From Deltaproteobacteria bacterium (lineage in GTDB: Bacteria; UBA10199; SPLOWO2-01-44-7), in contig JAHFSU010000003.1 of the NCBI GenBank assembly GCA_023265595.1, positions 6,178 through 70,177 of the forward strand: a stretch of DNA of 64,000 nucleotides. Reading direction: 5' to 3'. The position numbers and the translations under genes were made by a program. Positions 8,366-18,707 of the stretch are shown one piece after another. The notes beneath the pieces were generated by a model that was given only the letters and a program-made list of their open reading frames with translations, ran no database searches and was not told the DNA's origin. How positions within the stretch are numbered: the first letter of the stretch is position 1; every line of letters begins with the position of its first letter.

Positions 8366-10036
8366 TTGCCAAATCGTATTAAAATAACGATCGGATTTTT
8401 TAGTCTTTTGATTTTTTCTCTTCAATGGGGTTGTGGCTCCAGCACCGGTAGTGGTGGCGCCTCTGCGCAGACGGTCAGCGGGACGGGAGGCAATGAAGCA
8501 AGCTCTCCGTCCGCCATGGCGGCAGGCGATGTGATGTATGTCGGTTTTAGTGGAATTTCCGCGAGTGTCAGTTTTAGTGGTGCGAGCGGCACCTATCAAT
8601 TGTTGCTTCAGTCGCAGGCAACCGATGCCGCCTCTAAATCAGTGACCGCTTCAGATACCAATGTTTCCAAATCGATTGGCCTTGGCGATCCCTTGGTTGA
8701 TGATGTCATGAAATCAGAGTCGGAATCGGTTCAGAATCAATTGGAGGCGATATTAAGAAATGAAGAACGGTTTTTATTGAATGTCCCTTGGAATGGAAGT
8801 GTTTCACAACCGGTCTCAACAAATGGAACTGTTTCCGCCGGCAAATCGGTTGGCGGCGGTTCGGGTGTTTCTCCCTCTTTGTCGGTCAATGACAGCGATA
8901 CATTTCGTGTCTTGAAATCTCTGAGTGATGTGACCCAATATCGTACCGTTACGGCAACGGTCAAGTGTGTCAACGATACGGTGGCGATTTATGTTGATGA
9001 TGAAATTTCCAGCACCAATCCTTCTGATTTGTCGCAGGCCAATATCAATACCTTGTGTTCCGAATTTAAAGACTCGCTCGCAACGACGTCCAGCGTTTTT
9101 GGATCGTATCCGGATATCAATAATGATGGTGTAGCTGTTGCGCTGATTACGCCGGCTGTCAATCGATTAGGGGCTTCGAGCGGTGGTATCGTGACCGGTT
9201 TTTTCTATTCGGGCGATCTTTTTGCAAGAAGCAGTTCGATTCCGGCTAGTAATTATCGCGAGATTGTCTATCTTGTCTCTCCCGATTCGGGCGGTGTTTA
9301 TGGCACCAAAATTACCAATGCCTTTGCGATGTCCAACTTTTTGCCTGCTGTTTTTCCGCACGAGATGCAGCATCTGATCAATTATTACCAGCATACTATT
9401 GTCCTTAGCGGCGATGCAGAAGAGGACTGGCTCAATGAGGCCTTGTCCCATTTCACGGAAGATTTGGTTGGCTATGGTCGCGAAAATTATTCGCGCTACG
9501 ATCTCTTTTTGGATTCTCCGCAAAGTTATGCCGTCGTGACCTCTGCAAGTCCCAGTTTGGCGCAAAGGGGAGGAGGGTATCTGTTTTTGAGATATCTTTA
9601 TGAACAGAGTGGGTCGAGTTCGACATTTTTGAAAAATCTGGTGCAGACGACCAATACCGGTATCAACAACTTGGTGGCTGCTTATCCTTCGAAACCGTCC
9701 GATTTTGATTCGTTCGGTGAATTTTTAAGACGCTGGGCGGTGGCCCTTGCCTATACCAATGCAGGATTAACTACTAATTCCAAGCTCACTTACAATGCCC
9801 GAACCTATAATAACAGTACAGGCAACTGGCAGGGAGTTTGTATGATCTGTTCGGCAGAAGATGGTCGTTCGACAGTGTTGAGCGGCCCTTCTTTCGGCAC
9901 TTACAGCGCCGGAACCAGCTACACCATCAAGGCTTCTGCAACGCGGTTTTTGAATCTTTCTTCGACCCCATCTTCCTTGAGTTTGACCGGCGCCAGTGGC
10001 AGTTCCCCCGCCGCCATCATTTTGAAAACGAAGTAA
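8366..10036 (+). CDS. Secreted putative lipoprotein, Ser/Gly/Thr-rich, with an HExxH zinc-metallopeptidase motif (HEMQH).
   Basis: Signal peptide with Cys (LQWGC). FPHEMQHLINYY contains HExxH. No closer family recognised. Confidence 0.5.
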   Translation: MPNRIKITIGFFSLLIFSLQWGCGSSTGSGGASAQTVSGTGGNEASSPSAMAAGDVMYVGFSGISASVSFSGASGTYQLLLQSQATDAASKSVTASDTNVSKSIGLGDPLVDDVMKSESESVQNQLEAILRNEERFLLNVPWNGSVSQPVSTNGTVSAGKSVGGGSGVSPSLSVNDSDTFRVLKSLSDVTQYRTVTATVKCVNDTVAIYVDDEISSTNPSDLSQANINTLCSEFKDSLATTSSVFGSYPDINNDGVAVALITPAVNRLGASSGGIVTGFFYSGDLFARSSSIPASNYREIVYLVSPDSGGVYGTKITNAFAMSNFLPAVFPHEMQHLINYYQHTIVLSGDAEEDWLNEALSHFTEDLVGYGRENYSRYDLFLDSPQSYAVVTSASPSLAQRGGGYLFLRYLYEQSGSSSTFLKNLVQTTNTGINNLVAAYPSKPSDFDSFGEFLRRWAVALAYTNAGLTTNSKLTYNARTYNNSTGNWQGVCMICSAEDGRSTVLSGPSFGTYSAGTSYTIKASATRFLNLSSTPSSLSLTGASGSSPAAIILKTK

Positions 10037-10091
10037 TGCTCGCAGTCCCATCGTTGACTTTCCACCCCTTCAACGTTAAAAATCAATACCG

Positions 10092-10895
10092 ATGTATCCC
10101 ATCTTATTTAAAATTCCGTTGTTTGGTCTTTTTGGTCGTGAGTTCATTCCGGTTCATGGCTACGGCGTTTTGGTGGCTTTAGGGTTTCTGGTCGGGAGCT
10201 GGTATGTTCAACGCGAGGCAAAAAGGGAAAGAGAGGACCCGGCCAAGGCTTTGGATCTTGTCTTCTACATTATCATTGCGGCCATTTTCGGATCCCGAAT
10301 TCTTTTTGTATTGGTGGCGGAACGGGATCTATTTTTTCAGAATCCGTTGCATCTTTTCAAAATTTGGCAGGGGGGGCTTGTTTTTTATGGAGGACTCGTT
10401 GCGAGTCTATTCGTTAGTTGGTGGTATCTGAAACGTCATCATCTGCCTCTTCTCAAATTTTGCGATTTTTTCGTACCGGCAGTGGCTTTAGGGCACGCGA
10501 TCGGCCGCTTGGGCTGTTTTTTTTCAGGATGTTGTTATGGGAGATCGCTGTTGCACGATGCATGGTATGCCCTCATTTTTCCGTCAGACATCAATTCTTT
10601 GGCGCCGCCGGGGATCCCCCTCTATCCGACGCAGTTAATGGAATCGGCCGCTGAGTTTCTGGTTTTTTTAGGGCTCAACTGGAAGTTGCACCGGAAGTCG
10701 TTTGATGGTCAAATTTTATCTCTCTATTTGATGAGCTATGCCGTTGTCCGTTTTGCGCTCGAATTTTTAAGAGGAGATCCGGAAAGAGGCTTCGTATTTG
10801 GCACCGATTTTTCGACATCGCAGTTGATCGCTTTTATTCTATTTGCAATCGGATTGGGATTGTATTTAAATAAGAAAAAATGCGAAAAACTATAA
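10092..10895 (+). CDS. lgt: Prolipoprotein diacylglyceryl transferase.
   Basis: Lgt N-terminus (IPLFGxFxxHxYGVLVALGF) and the GRLGCFFxGCCYG signature. Confidence 0.85.
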   Translation: MYPILFKIPLFGLFGREFIPVHGYGVLVALGFLVGSWYVQREAKREREDPAKALDLVFYIIIAAIFGSRILFVLVAERDLFFQNPLHLFKIWQGGLVFYGGLVASLFVSWWYLKRHHLPLLKFCDFFVPAVALGHAIGRLGCFFSGCCYGRSLLHDAWYALIFPSDINSLAPPGIPLYPTQLMESAAEFLVFLGLNWKLHRKSFDGQILSLYLMSYAVVRFALEFLRGDPERGFVFGTDFSTSQLIAFILFAIGLGLYLNKKKCEKL

Positions 10896-11353
10896 TACTC
10901 TTATTTTTCCTTCTCTTGTCCGTTGGCTGTAATAAAGTCTATCGGACAGCGAAACCGAGCCAGCCTCATCTATATAAACAGACTTTTTCCGCGACGCCGA
11001 ACGACATCTATTATGCGCTGCGATGGGCTTTGCGCGCCAATGGTTATCCGATTGCCGAAGAGGACCTTCAAAACGGGGTCATCAAAAGCCGCTTTGTGCC
11101 GGTCAAGGCGACCTCTCATTATTTAAATATTTTTGATCGTCAAGATTACGGGATCAACGGCGGTTATCATCAGTTGGAGGCAAAACTGATCCCTCAAAAT
11201 GGAAAAACAGAGGTGCAAATCGGTTCTCGCATTCAGAGCATTGTCAGCCGCCTCCGTTCCAACGGGAGTGAAGAGGAGTTGATTTTAGGCAAAATTGGTG
11301 ATTATTTAAGAAACCCAAATGTACAGTTGACCAACCTAGGTATTCAGGAATAA
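10880..11353 (+). CDS. Small hypothetical lipoprotein.
   Basis: Signal peptide with LSVGC lipobox-like cysteine. 157 aa with no recognised domain. Confidence 0.45.
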   Translation: MRKTIILLFFLLLSVGCNKVYRTAKPSQPHLYKQTFSATPNDIYYALRWALRANGYPIAEEDLQNGVIKSRFVPVKATSHYLNIFDRQDYGINGGYHQLEAKLIPQNGKTEVQIGSRIQSIVSRLRSNGSEEELILGKIGDYLRNPNVQLTNLGIQE

Positions 11354-11365
11354 AGCAGTTTTCCC

Positions 11366-14173
11366 ATGGCCATCGATTACAAAGCGACACTCAATTTGCC
11401 GCAAACCGAATTTCCGATGAAAGCCAATTTAGGGCAACGGGAACCTCAGTTTTTGAAAAATTGGGAGCATCAAAAAATCTACCAACAAATCATCAAGAAA
11501 AACGCAAAAAATGCGAAATATATTTTTCACGACGGACCCCCTTACGCCAACGGACATATTCATTATGGAACCATTCTCAACAAGACACTGAAAGATATTG
11601 TAGTGAAGTACAAAAATATGTCGGGCTTTTTGTGCGAATTTGTTCCCGGTTGGGATTGTCACGGATTGCCGATTGAGCTTCAGGTCGACAAGGATTTGGG
11701 GCCAAAAAAAACGTCGATGTCGTCGCTGCAAATCCGGAAACTCTGCAGAGAGCATGCGTCAAAATATATCGACATTCAAAGAGAGGAATTCAAACGATTG
11801 GGCGGGTTTGCCGATTGGGATCACCCCTATCTCACGATGTCGCCGCAATATGAAGCCACCATCGCAAGGGAATTCGGAAAGTTCGTGGCAAAAGATTTGG
11901 TTTACCGCGGAAAGAAACCGGTTTTTTGGTGTCCCTCCTGTCAAACCGCTTTAGCCGAGGCAGAGGTGGAATACAAAGACCATCATTCACCCTCCATTTA
12001 TGTCAAATTTAGACTCAAAGAGGAAAAGGAATTGCAGAAAAGATGGCGTCTGACCGAGGAACCGATCCATCTTGTCATCTGGACAACGACCCCATGGACG
12101 CTTCCCGCTAATTTGGCAGTGGCACTGCATCCCCAGTTTACCTATGTCGCCGCCCGCATCAATAAGGAAATATGGATTGTGGCCGATGGTTTGTTGCATT
12201 CTATTCTGGAAAAATTTGGCTCTCCCGAATGCGAAGTCTTGACCAAATTTTCCGGAAAAGAATTGGAAAATTTTCATTGTCAGCATCCCTTTTTGCCGCG
12301 TGAATCGCTCATTATTTTGGCTCCACACGTAACACTGGAGGCCGGAACCGGCTGTGTCCACACAGCGCCCGGCCACGGTTATGAAGATTATGAAATCGGG
12401 AAAAAATATGGTCTCGATTGTTTGGCCCCGATCGATGCTGCGGGAAAATTTACAAAAGAGGCCGGCGCAGATTGGCTGATCGGTCTTTATGTCGAAAAGG
12501 CAAACCGGCCGATTGTCGAACATTTGCAGAAGACAGGGGCTTTGGCCAAAGAAGAAACCCTTTCCCATTCGTACCCGCATTGCTGGCGTTGCCAGAACCC
12601 GATCGTTTTTCGCGCGACCGAACAGTGGTTTATTTCGATGGAAAAAGAGGATTTGCGCAAGAAGGCCCTGCTCGCAATCGACCATGTCGCGTGGATTCCG
12701 CCGTGGGGAAGAAACCGCATTTACGGAATGGTTCAAAATCGGCCGGACTGGTGTGTTTCAAGACAGCGGAGATGGGGAGTGCCGATCATTGCGGTGATCT
12801 GCACGGCTTGTAACAAGGCCATCACCACAAAAGAGATGGTCGATAAAGTGGCGGATATTTTTGAAAAGAAAGAAGGGGCGGATGCTTGGTTTGAATTGGA
12901 ACTCAAAGAGATTTTGCCGAAAAGTTTTGTCTGTCCCTCCTGCAAAAAAGCAAATTCTTTTTCAAAAGAGATGGACATTTTGGATGTCTGGTTCGACTCC
13001 GGAGCCTCTTATGCCGCGGTTTTGGAAGGGATGTTGAAAATCAAGGAGCCGGCCGATTTGTATCTGGAAGGGAGCGATCAACATCGGGGATGGTTTCATA
13101 CCTCCCTTTTGGAATCGATCGCAACGCGGGGGCGGGCCCCATTCAAGCGGGTGCTGACCCATGGCTTTGTCGTCGATGCCGATGGGAAAAAACTTTCCAA
13201 GTCAGCTAAAAATTTCATCCCTCCCGAAAATGTTTTAAAAAATCACGGCGCCGAAATGCTTCGCCTTTGGGTGGCGAACGAAGATTATCGGAACGACATC
13301 CGTTTTTCAGAGGAAATTCTGACACGACTCGTCGATTCCTACCGTAAAATCAGAAATACTTGTCGCTATCTTTTGGGAAACCTCTACGATTTCACCCCCG
13401 GCAAAGATGATGTGCCGTATGACAAACTGGCCCCTCTTGATCGTTGGGGTCTTCATATTTTGCAAAGAACGGTCACCGATGTTTTGAAGGGCTATGACGC
13501 CTTTGAATTTCACACGATCTCACACATTTTGAACAAGGTTTGTGCGGTTGAGTTTTCGTCGCTCTATTTCGATATTTTGAAAGACCGTCTCTACACCGAG
13601 GCCAAAAACGGTCTGAAAAGGCGCTCGGCCCAGACAGTTTTATTTGATATTCTCGACACTTTGGTTCGTCTGATGGCACCCATTTTTTCATTCACGGCCG
13701 AAGAGGTTTGGGCTTCTATGGCCCGGCGCAAAGGAGAACCCGATTCCGTTTTTTTGGCCTCCATGCCGAAAACAATTTCCCAATGGGACAATGGAGAGTT
13801 GGCCTCCCGATGGGAGCGGTTTTTTACGATGCGTTCTGTTGTAACCAAGGCGCTTGAGACGGCGCGCGCGGCAAAATTCATCGGTAATTCCTTGGAGGCC
13901 AAGGTTGTGATTGAAGCCAGTCACGATCAGGAAGAATTTTTGAAAACATTCCATCCCGACCTGCCGGATTTATTCATTGTTTCTGAAGTGGAATTTGGCA
14001 AGACCAAGGGGGAGTGGGTGCATGCTTCGGAAACCATTTTAGGATTCAAAGTCGGCATTGAAAAATCGGCCGGCAGCAAGTGCGGCCGTTGCTGGAAATT
14101 TCTTTCCTCAGTCGGCAAAAATCCGCAACATCCTGAAATTTGCGAACGGTGTGCAACCATTGTGGAAGGGTGA
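11366..14173 (+). CDS. ileS: Isoleucyl-tRNA synthetase.
   Basis: HIGH motif (PYANGHIHYGT), KMSKS motif (KLSKSAKN), C-terminal zinc-finger cysteines. 935 aa. Confidence 0.95.
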   Translation: MAIDYKATLNLPQTEFPMKANLGQREPQFLKNWEHQKIYQQIIKKNAKNAKYIFHDGPPYANGHIHYGTILNKTLKDIVVKYKNMSGFLCEFVPGWDCHGLPIELQVDKDLGPKKTSMSSLQIRKLCREHASKYIDIQREEFKRLGGFADWDHPYLTMSPQYEATIAREFGKFVAKDLVYRGKKPVFWCPSCQTALAEAEVEYKDHHSPSIYVKFRLKEEKELQKRWRLTEEPIHLVIWTTTPWTLPANLAVALHPQFTYVAARINKEIWIVADGLLHSILEKFGSPECEVLTKFSGKELENFHCQHPFLPRESLIILAPHVTLEAGTGCVHTAPGHGYEDYEIGKKYGLDCLAPIDAAGKFTKEAGADWLIGLYVEKANRPIVEHLQKTGALAKEETLSHSYPHCWRCQNPIVFRATEQWFISMEKEDLRKKALLAIDHVAWIPPWGRNRIYGMVQNRPDWCVSRQRRWGVPIIAVICTACNKAITTKEMVDKVADIFEKKEGADAWFELELKEILPKSFVCPSCKKANSFSKEMDILDVWFDSGASYAAVLEGMLKIKEPADLYLEGSDQHRGWFHTSLLESIATRGRAPFKRVLTHGFVVDADGKKLSKSAKNFIPPENVLKNHGAEMLRLWVANEDYRNDIRFSEEILTRLVDSYRKIRNTCRYLLGNLYDFTPGKDDVPYDKLAPLDRWGLHILQRTVTDVLKGYDAFEFHTISHILNKVCAVEFSSLYFDILKDRLYTEAKNGLKRRSAQTVLFDILDTLVRLMAPIFSFTAEEVWASMARRKGEPDSVFLASMPKTISQWDNGELASRWERFFTMRSVVTKALETARAAKFIGNSLEAKVVIEASHDQEEFLKTFHPDLPDLFIVSEVEFGKTKGEWVHASETILGFKVGIEKSAGSKCGRCWKFLSSVGKNPQHPEICERCATIVEG

Positions 14174-14667
14174 TGGCCTACAAATACAAAATATTACTAA
14201 CCCTTGCCCCTCTGATTCTTTTTCTGGACCAACTCACCAAATTTTTTATTCTCCAAACGGTGCCGATCGGAGATGTGATTTCCGTTCTCCCCGGTTATTT
14301 TGATATCGTTCATATCCGCAATACCGGCGCCGCTTTTGGCATGTTGGCTAATCTTGATGAGGTGGCACGGGTCCCTTTTTTTTACGGGGTTTCCGGCATC
14401 GCGATTTGCATTTTGATTTATGCCTTTTTACATCTGGATCCGAAAGATCATTATTATCCATGGCCGTTGAGCCTTATCGCGAGCGGCATTCTTGGAAATT
14501 TGATCGATCGTTTTCGTTTTGGCAATGTCGTCGATTTCATCTCTTTGCATATTCAGGAAAGCACTTTGGGTTCGATCAAGCTCGAGTGGCCGGCGTTTAA
14601 CGTGGCCGATTCCGCCATCACCGTTTCCATGATTTTACTTTTTGCGCATATTTTGCAAAAAAAGTAG
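14173..14667 (+). CDS. lspA: Lipoprotein signal peptidase II.
   Basis: About 165 aa with four transmembrane helices and conserved LspA motifs (NxGAAFG, FNVAD). The ATG overlaps the ileS stop (TGATG). Confidence 0.85.
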   Translation: MAYKYKILLTLAPLILFLDQLTKFFILQTVPIGDVISVLPGYFDIVHIRNTGAAFGMLANLDEVARVPFFYGVSGIAICILIYAFLHLDPKDHYYPWPLSLIASGILGNLIDRFRFGNVVDFISLHIQESTLGSIKLEWPAFNVADSAITVSMILLFAHILQKK

Positions 14668-14678
14668 AATGAGGGCAC

Positions 14679-15479
14679 ATGAAACCGATTCTTTTTAAAA
14701 TAGGTTCGCTGACGTTTCCCTCGTATACCTTCATGATCATGATCGGTGTTTTGGTGGCCACGTATGTCGGCATCAAAATTTGCCGTGAGCGGGGATTGTC
14801 GGTTGTTTACGGAATCGATTTGGCCATCCTCGGCATTATCAGCGGATTTTTGGGCGGGCGTATTGCCCACGTGTTTGTTGAAGCACCGGCCTATTATTGG
14901 GAGAGCCCGATCCGGTTTTTTTATTTTTGGCAGGGGGGGTTTGTTTCATGGGGGGCTTATGCCGTTGTTTTGATGTCGTGGTATTTTTATCTCCGGTGGC
15001 GCCGAGAACCGGTTTGGGCCTATTTTGATGCCGGTGCCGCCGTTTTTCCGCTCACGATGTTTTTTGGAAGAACCGGTTGCTTGCTTGCCGGTTGTTGTTT
15101 TGGCAAACCGACCGATTTTTTTCTCCATCTTGTTTTTAAGAATCCTGCCTCCACCGCCTACCAATTTTTTCCGAACACACCGCTCCATGCCACACAGATT
15201 TATCTCATGGCCAATGTTTTGTTGATCCAGATCGTCATTTGGTGGGTCTACAAAAAACATTGGCGTTTTCAAGGGCAACTGATTTCTCTGGAGTTTATGC
15301 TCTATGCGATCGGGCGGTTTTTCATCGAATTTTTGAGAGGGGATGTCGATCGGGGTGTCTATTTTGGCGGGACGATTTCTTCCGGCCAAATCACGATGAT
15401 TTTCTTTTTTGTTGTCGGTATTTTCGGATATTTGTCTCTCAAGCAACGGGGGATTCCTGTCCCTGAAAAAATCCGATGA
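14679..15479 (+). CDS. Second Lgt-family prolipoprotein diacylglyceryl transferase paralog.
   Basis: Same architecture as lgt at 10092 (FPSYxxMIxIGVLVA, GRTGCLLAGCCFGKP, FxxEFLRGD). Confidence 0.75.
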   Translation: MKPILFKIGSLTFPSYTFMIMIGVLVATYVGIKICRERGLSVVYGIDLAILGIISGFLGGRIAHVFVEAPAYYWESPIRFFYFWQGGFVSWGAYAVVLMSWYFYLRWRREPVWAYFDAGAAVFPLTMFFGRTGCLLAGCCFGKPTDFFLHLVFKNPASTAYQFFPNTPLHATQIYLMANVLLIQIVIWWVYKKHWRFQGQLISLEFMLYAIGRFFIEFLRGDVDRGVYFGGTISSGQITMIFFFVVGIFGYLSLKQRGIPVPEKIR

Positions 15480-16123
15480 AAAAACTTTTACTGGAATCCT
15501 TCGGCGTCACTTTTTCACTTCTGATCCTTTTGAAATTGGGTCAACTCTTTTTATCCCCAAAATGGGAAGGCCTTTTGGTGCCGACCCTTTTGCTTTATAT
15601 CCCCTTTTTGATTTTAAGCGTGCAAAGAAAACCGATCGATTTTATCGATCATTCTTTGCGCCAATTGGGAACGGGCTTGATGGTATTTGCGGTTTCTATT
15701 TTGATTGTCTTTCCACCGTACATGCTTGCCGCTCATTATTGGATGCTCCATGTTTTCCATTTTGATGCTTTTAAAATGGCGCCGATTCGGATCTTTTTCG
15801 ATCCGCTCCCTTATCAAATTTTGGCGGTAGCACTACCCGAAGAATTTTATTTTCGAGGGTTTCTGCAGCCGATGATGAATAAAATTTGGAAACCAAAGTG
15901 GCATCTGTTCGGCGTCAATTTGGGTTGGGGTTGGATTGTAACGGCCCTTGTTTTTGCCTTTGCGCATAGTGTGATTCAGCTCAAATGGTGGCATTTCTCG
16001 ATTTTTTTCCCCGCACTGATTTTTGGCTATTTAAAAGAAAGAACCGGCTCCATCACCGCCCCCGTTTTATTCCATGCCTTTTCTAACGCCTTCATGTCGT
16101 GGTTTGTGAGGAATTATTTTTAA
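15476..16123 (+). CDS. CPBP-family intramembrane metalloprotease (CAAX protease / Abi-like).
   Basis: EExxxR (EEFYFRGF), FxxxH (FAFAHS) and HxxxN (FHAFSN) motifs in transmembrane helices. Confidence 0.75.
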   Translation: MKKLLLESFGVTFSLLILLKLGQLFLSPKWEGLLVPTLLLYIPFLILSVQRKPIDFIDHSLRQLGTGLMVFAVSILIVFPPYMLAAHYWMLHVFHFDAFKMAPIRIFFDPLPYQILAVALPEEFYFRGFLQPMMNKIWKPKWHLFGVNLGWGWIVTALVFAFAHSVIQLKWWHFSIFFPALIFGYLKERTGSITAPVLFHAFSNAFMSWFVRNYF

Positions 16124-16283
16124 GACGTCGCACTGTTGCATTATGAATCCTGTTGATGGCTCTACCAATACAACACTTAATAAGCCTTTGTAGGTGTCGG
16201 ACCCTAGAGGGGGACCTTTGGCTAACAATTTGATTTTTTATAATATTTTTTACGCAGAAATTAAGATGAGGTTTAATAAACAG

Positions 16284-18680
16284 TTAAATTTTCTGATGTC
16301 GTTTTTCCAAATAGGCTAAAAAAGCAGGGAAGAAGACGACGGTTGAGAGGAGTGTAGCCAAAAGGCCTAAAATAGCTACTTTCCCAAGGGAGGCGAGTCC
16401 GCCGTGATTGGCGAAAATAAGTCCCAAAAATCCCAACGCATTGGTGGTTGAGGCGACTAAGGAGGCCAGTCCCGCCGTCTGAATGACGTTTGCAATCGAA
16501 CCGCTCCCCGTTTCTTTATATCGATGGTAAATATGGATGCAGTTGTCGATGCTCATCCCCATGATGGCAGGAACAATCACGATGCTATAAAAATCGAGTT
16601 TCAATCCGGTCAGAAACAACATCCCGATGAGCCAGATTTCACCAAGCAGAATGGGGAGCGTTACCAAGATTACTTTTTTGTAATTTCTAAGATCGAGCCA
16701 CAAAAGAATTAAAATCACGAGAATGGCAATGCCGATCGCCTTGGGGACATCGTGCATCATTGTTTTCAACACATTCGCAAAAATGAGGGGGTCACTGACG
16801 GCATGAAATATTTTGATCGGTGTTTTGATTTCGCCCACATCTTCCAAAAAACGGAGCGCATTGCGTCCGTCATCTAGGGAGAGCCCTTTTTTCGATTGGA
16901 TAAAAGCAAAGACCCCTTCCCCTTTTGCCCCTTTGAAAACTTTGATGACCTCTTCGGGGATTTCTTGCGGTTCAATGAAGGTCACTTCGCGCAGCGCCTT
17001 TTTGAATCGTTCCAAATCTTTTTTCTTTTCTTCAGGAACCAGCGTTAGCGTTTTATCCTCTAAAATTTTTTCGATCTCTTTTAAAACCGCCAGTTTCTGT
17101 TTTTGTTCCACTTGATAAAGATCATAATAAGAGAAAAAAGATTCAATCGTCGGGGTCTCTTGGTCATTTTTGATTTTATCGAGGACAGCCTTCTTTAGGG
17201 CCTGAGCCTCTTCGGGGCTCTGGATCAGCACGGTTCCGGGCCCGACCAGTTTATCGACGGTTTCGCGGTATTTAGCCTTGGCAACGGCTGATGCCGGAAT
17301 CCTCGGTTTCAGGCGGGAAAAATCGTATTCAAACAACTCCTTTCGAAAACCGATGAAAATGGAAAAAAGGGTCAAAACAAGGCTCGCCGTCAAAATCAAT
17401 TTTGGGGATACAAAAGATTTCAATTCTATTTTTGAAAAAAGCGGGGCTTTGGGCTGGTGTAATATTTTCAGTTTTTCGGCCAAGACAACAAACGGGACAA
17501 AAAAGAGGAGGTAGGCAAAATAGACGCACAAGAGCCCAACGCCGGCGATGAGTCCAAATTGGGAGAATCCTTTGAAGTCATTCAAAATCAGCGAAAGAAA
17601 AATGGCAGAGACCGCCGCCACGGAAAAACCGATCGAACGGCCCGTTTTTTCCATCACTTCAAAAAGGGCCGCTTTCATATTCAAACCGTGATGGCGTTCA
17701 TAATTATAGCGCGACAGAAAATGGATGCCGTTTTCAACCCCTAACCCCGACAAGACGCTGTAAAGAAATGAGGTGATAATGTTCAGTTTGTCGACCAGAT
17801 AAAAAGTGACGCCAAATGCGGCGACAAGGCCGATGGTCAAGGGGGCAAAAACCAGAAAAGGGGCGGAGAGACTTCGGAAATAGAAAACCAGCAGTAACAC
17901 AATGGCCGTGATCGAGATGACCCCCGCAATTTTCAAATCGCGAATCAATGTTCTGTATTCATCGACACGATTTTTGGCTTTGCCGGCAAAATAAATACCG
18001 TTCGGCCTCTCCCCTTTTAAAGAACCGAGCCATTTCAGGGCACAAGGTTCCACCGATTCATAAAAACGTTTGTTGAAGGCAATGCTGGTGTCGGTTCCCT
18101 GGGCGAGTACAAACAGGGAATAGAGCGTTTTCTCTTTATTCCGGAAATAGGGACTGGTGACACCGCCTTCTGTTTGTTCCCGATATTTGCTTTCCAGATC
18201 GCTGTATTGGAAGGATTCATCCTGACCTTCCCCCAGATCGATAAAAAGCCCCCCCAATTTTTTTCTCTGGATTTCACGATCGAGCCTCTCTTTGAGCGTT
18301 TGCAAATCGGGGAGTTCCAGAAACAGGAGTTTGTGATCATAAAAAAAATCGTAGCCGGTTTTTTTGAAATCGACTCGTTGGACCAAAGGACACGATTGCA
18401 AAGAACCGGCCAGATTTTTGAGCCATCCCTCCATTTTTTGTGGACTGCCTTCCAATGTGATCGAAAGGACGGTCGCGTCTTCCAGCTTGTTTCTGATTTT
18501 GTGGATTTCCTGAACGGCCGGGTAATGGTCGGGAAGAAGGCTGATCAGATCGGTGCTGATATTTTTATAAAGACGGACGGTTTTAGGGACGCTCCACCAA
18601 CAGACGAGTCCGCCCAGAATCAAAAAAAACCAAAAATAGCGGACGGAAAAATCGATCCATTTTTTAAAAAAAATTTGCAT
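16284..18680 (-). CDS. MMPL/RND-superfamily exporter (12 transmembrane helices, two large periplasmic loops).
   Basis: 798 aa with duplicated 6-helix + loop topology and MMPL-like conserved regions (e.g. GMSIDNxIH, MGMxVDAxI-like). Confidence 0.7.
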   Translation of the reverse strand: MQIFFKKWIDFSVRYFWFFLILGGLVCWWSVPKTVRLYKNISTDLISLLPDHYPAVQEIHKIRNKLEDATVLSITLEGSPQKMEGWLKNLAGSLQSCPLVQRVDFKKTGYDFFYDHKLLFLELPDLQTLKERLDREIQRKKLGGLFIDLGEGQDESFQYSDLESKYREQTEGGVTSPYFRNKEKTLYSLFVLAQGTDTSIAFNKRFYESVEPCALKWLGSLKGERPNGIYFAGKAKNRVDEYRTLIRDLKIAGVISITAIVLLLVFYFRSLSAPFLVFAPLTIGLVAAFGVTFYLVDKLNIITSFLYSVLSGLGVENGIHFLSRYNYERHHGLNMKAALFEVMEKTGRSIGFSVAAVSAIFLSLILNDFKGFSQFGLIAGVGLLCVYFAYLLFFVPFVVLAEKLKILHQPKAPLFSKIELKSFVSPKLILTASLVLTLFSIFIGFRKELFEYDFSRLKPRIPASAVAKAKYRETVDKLVGPGTVLIQSPEEAQALKKAVLDKIKNDQETPTIESFFSYYDLYQVEQKQKLAVLKEIEKILEDKTLTLVPEEKKKDLERFKKALREVTFIEPQEIPEEVIKVFKGAKGEGVFAFIQSKKGLSLDDGRNALRFLEDVGEIKTPIKIFHAVSDPLIFANVLKTMMHDVPKAIGIAILVILILLWLDLRNYKKVILVTLPILLGEIWLIGMLFLTGLKLDFYSIVIVPAIMGMSIDNCIHIYHRYKETGSGSIANVIQTAGLASLVASTTNALGFLGLIFANHGGLASLGKVAILGLLATLLSTVVFFPAFLAYLEKRHQKI

Positions 18681-18707
18681 GAAACGCTGTCTTGTAATTT
18701 GGTTTTT

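Noticed and set aside
16124-16283. Possible terminator or palindrome (ggaccctagagggggacc) between convergent CPBP and MMPL genes.
   Set aside because: The arms are not actually complementary (direct G-rich repeats), and there is no convincing stem plus U-tract.
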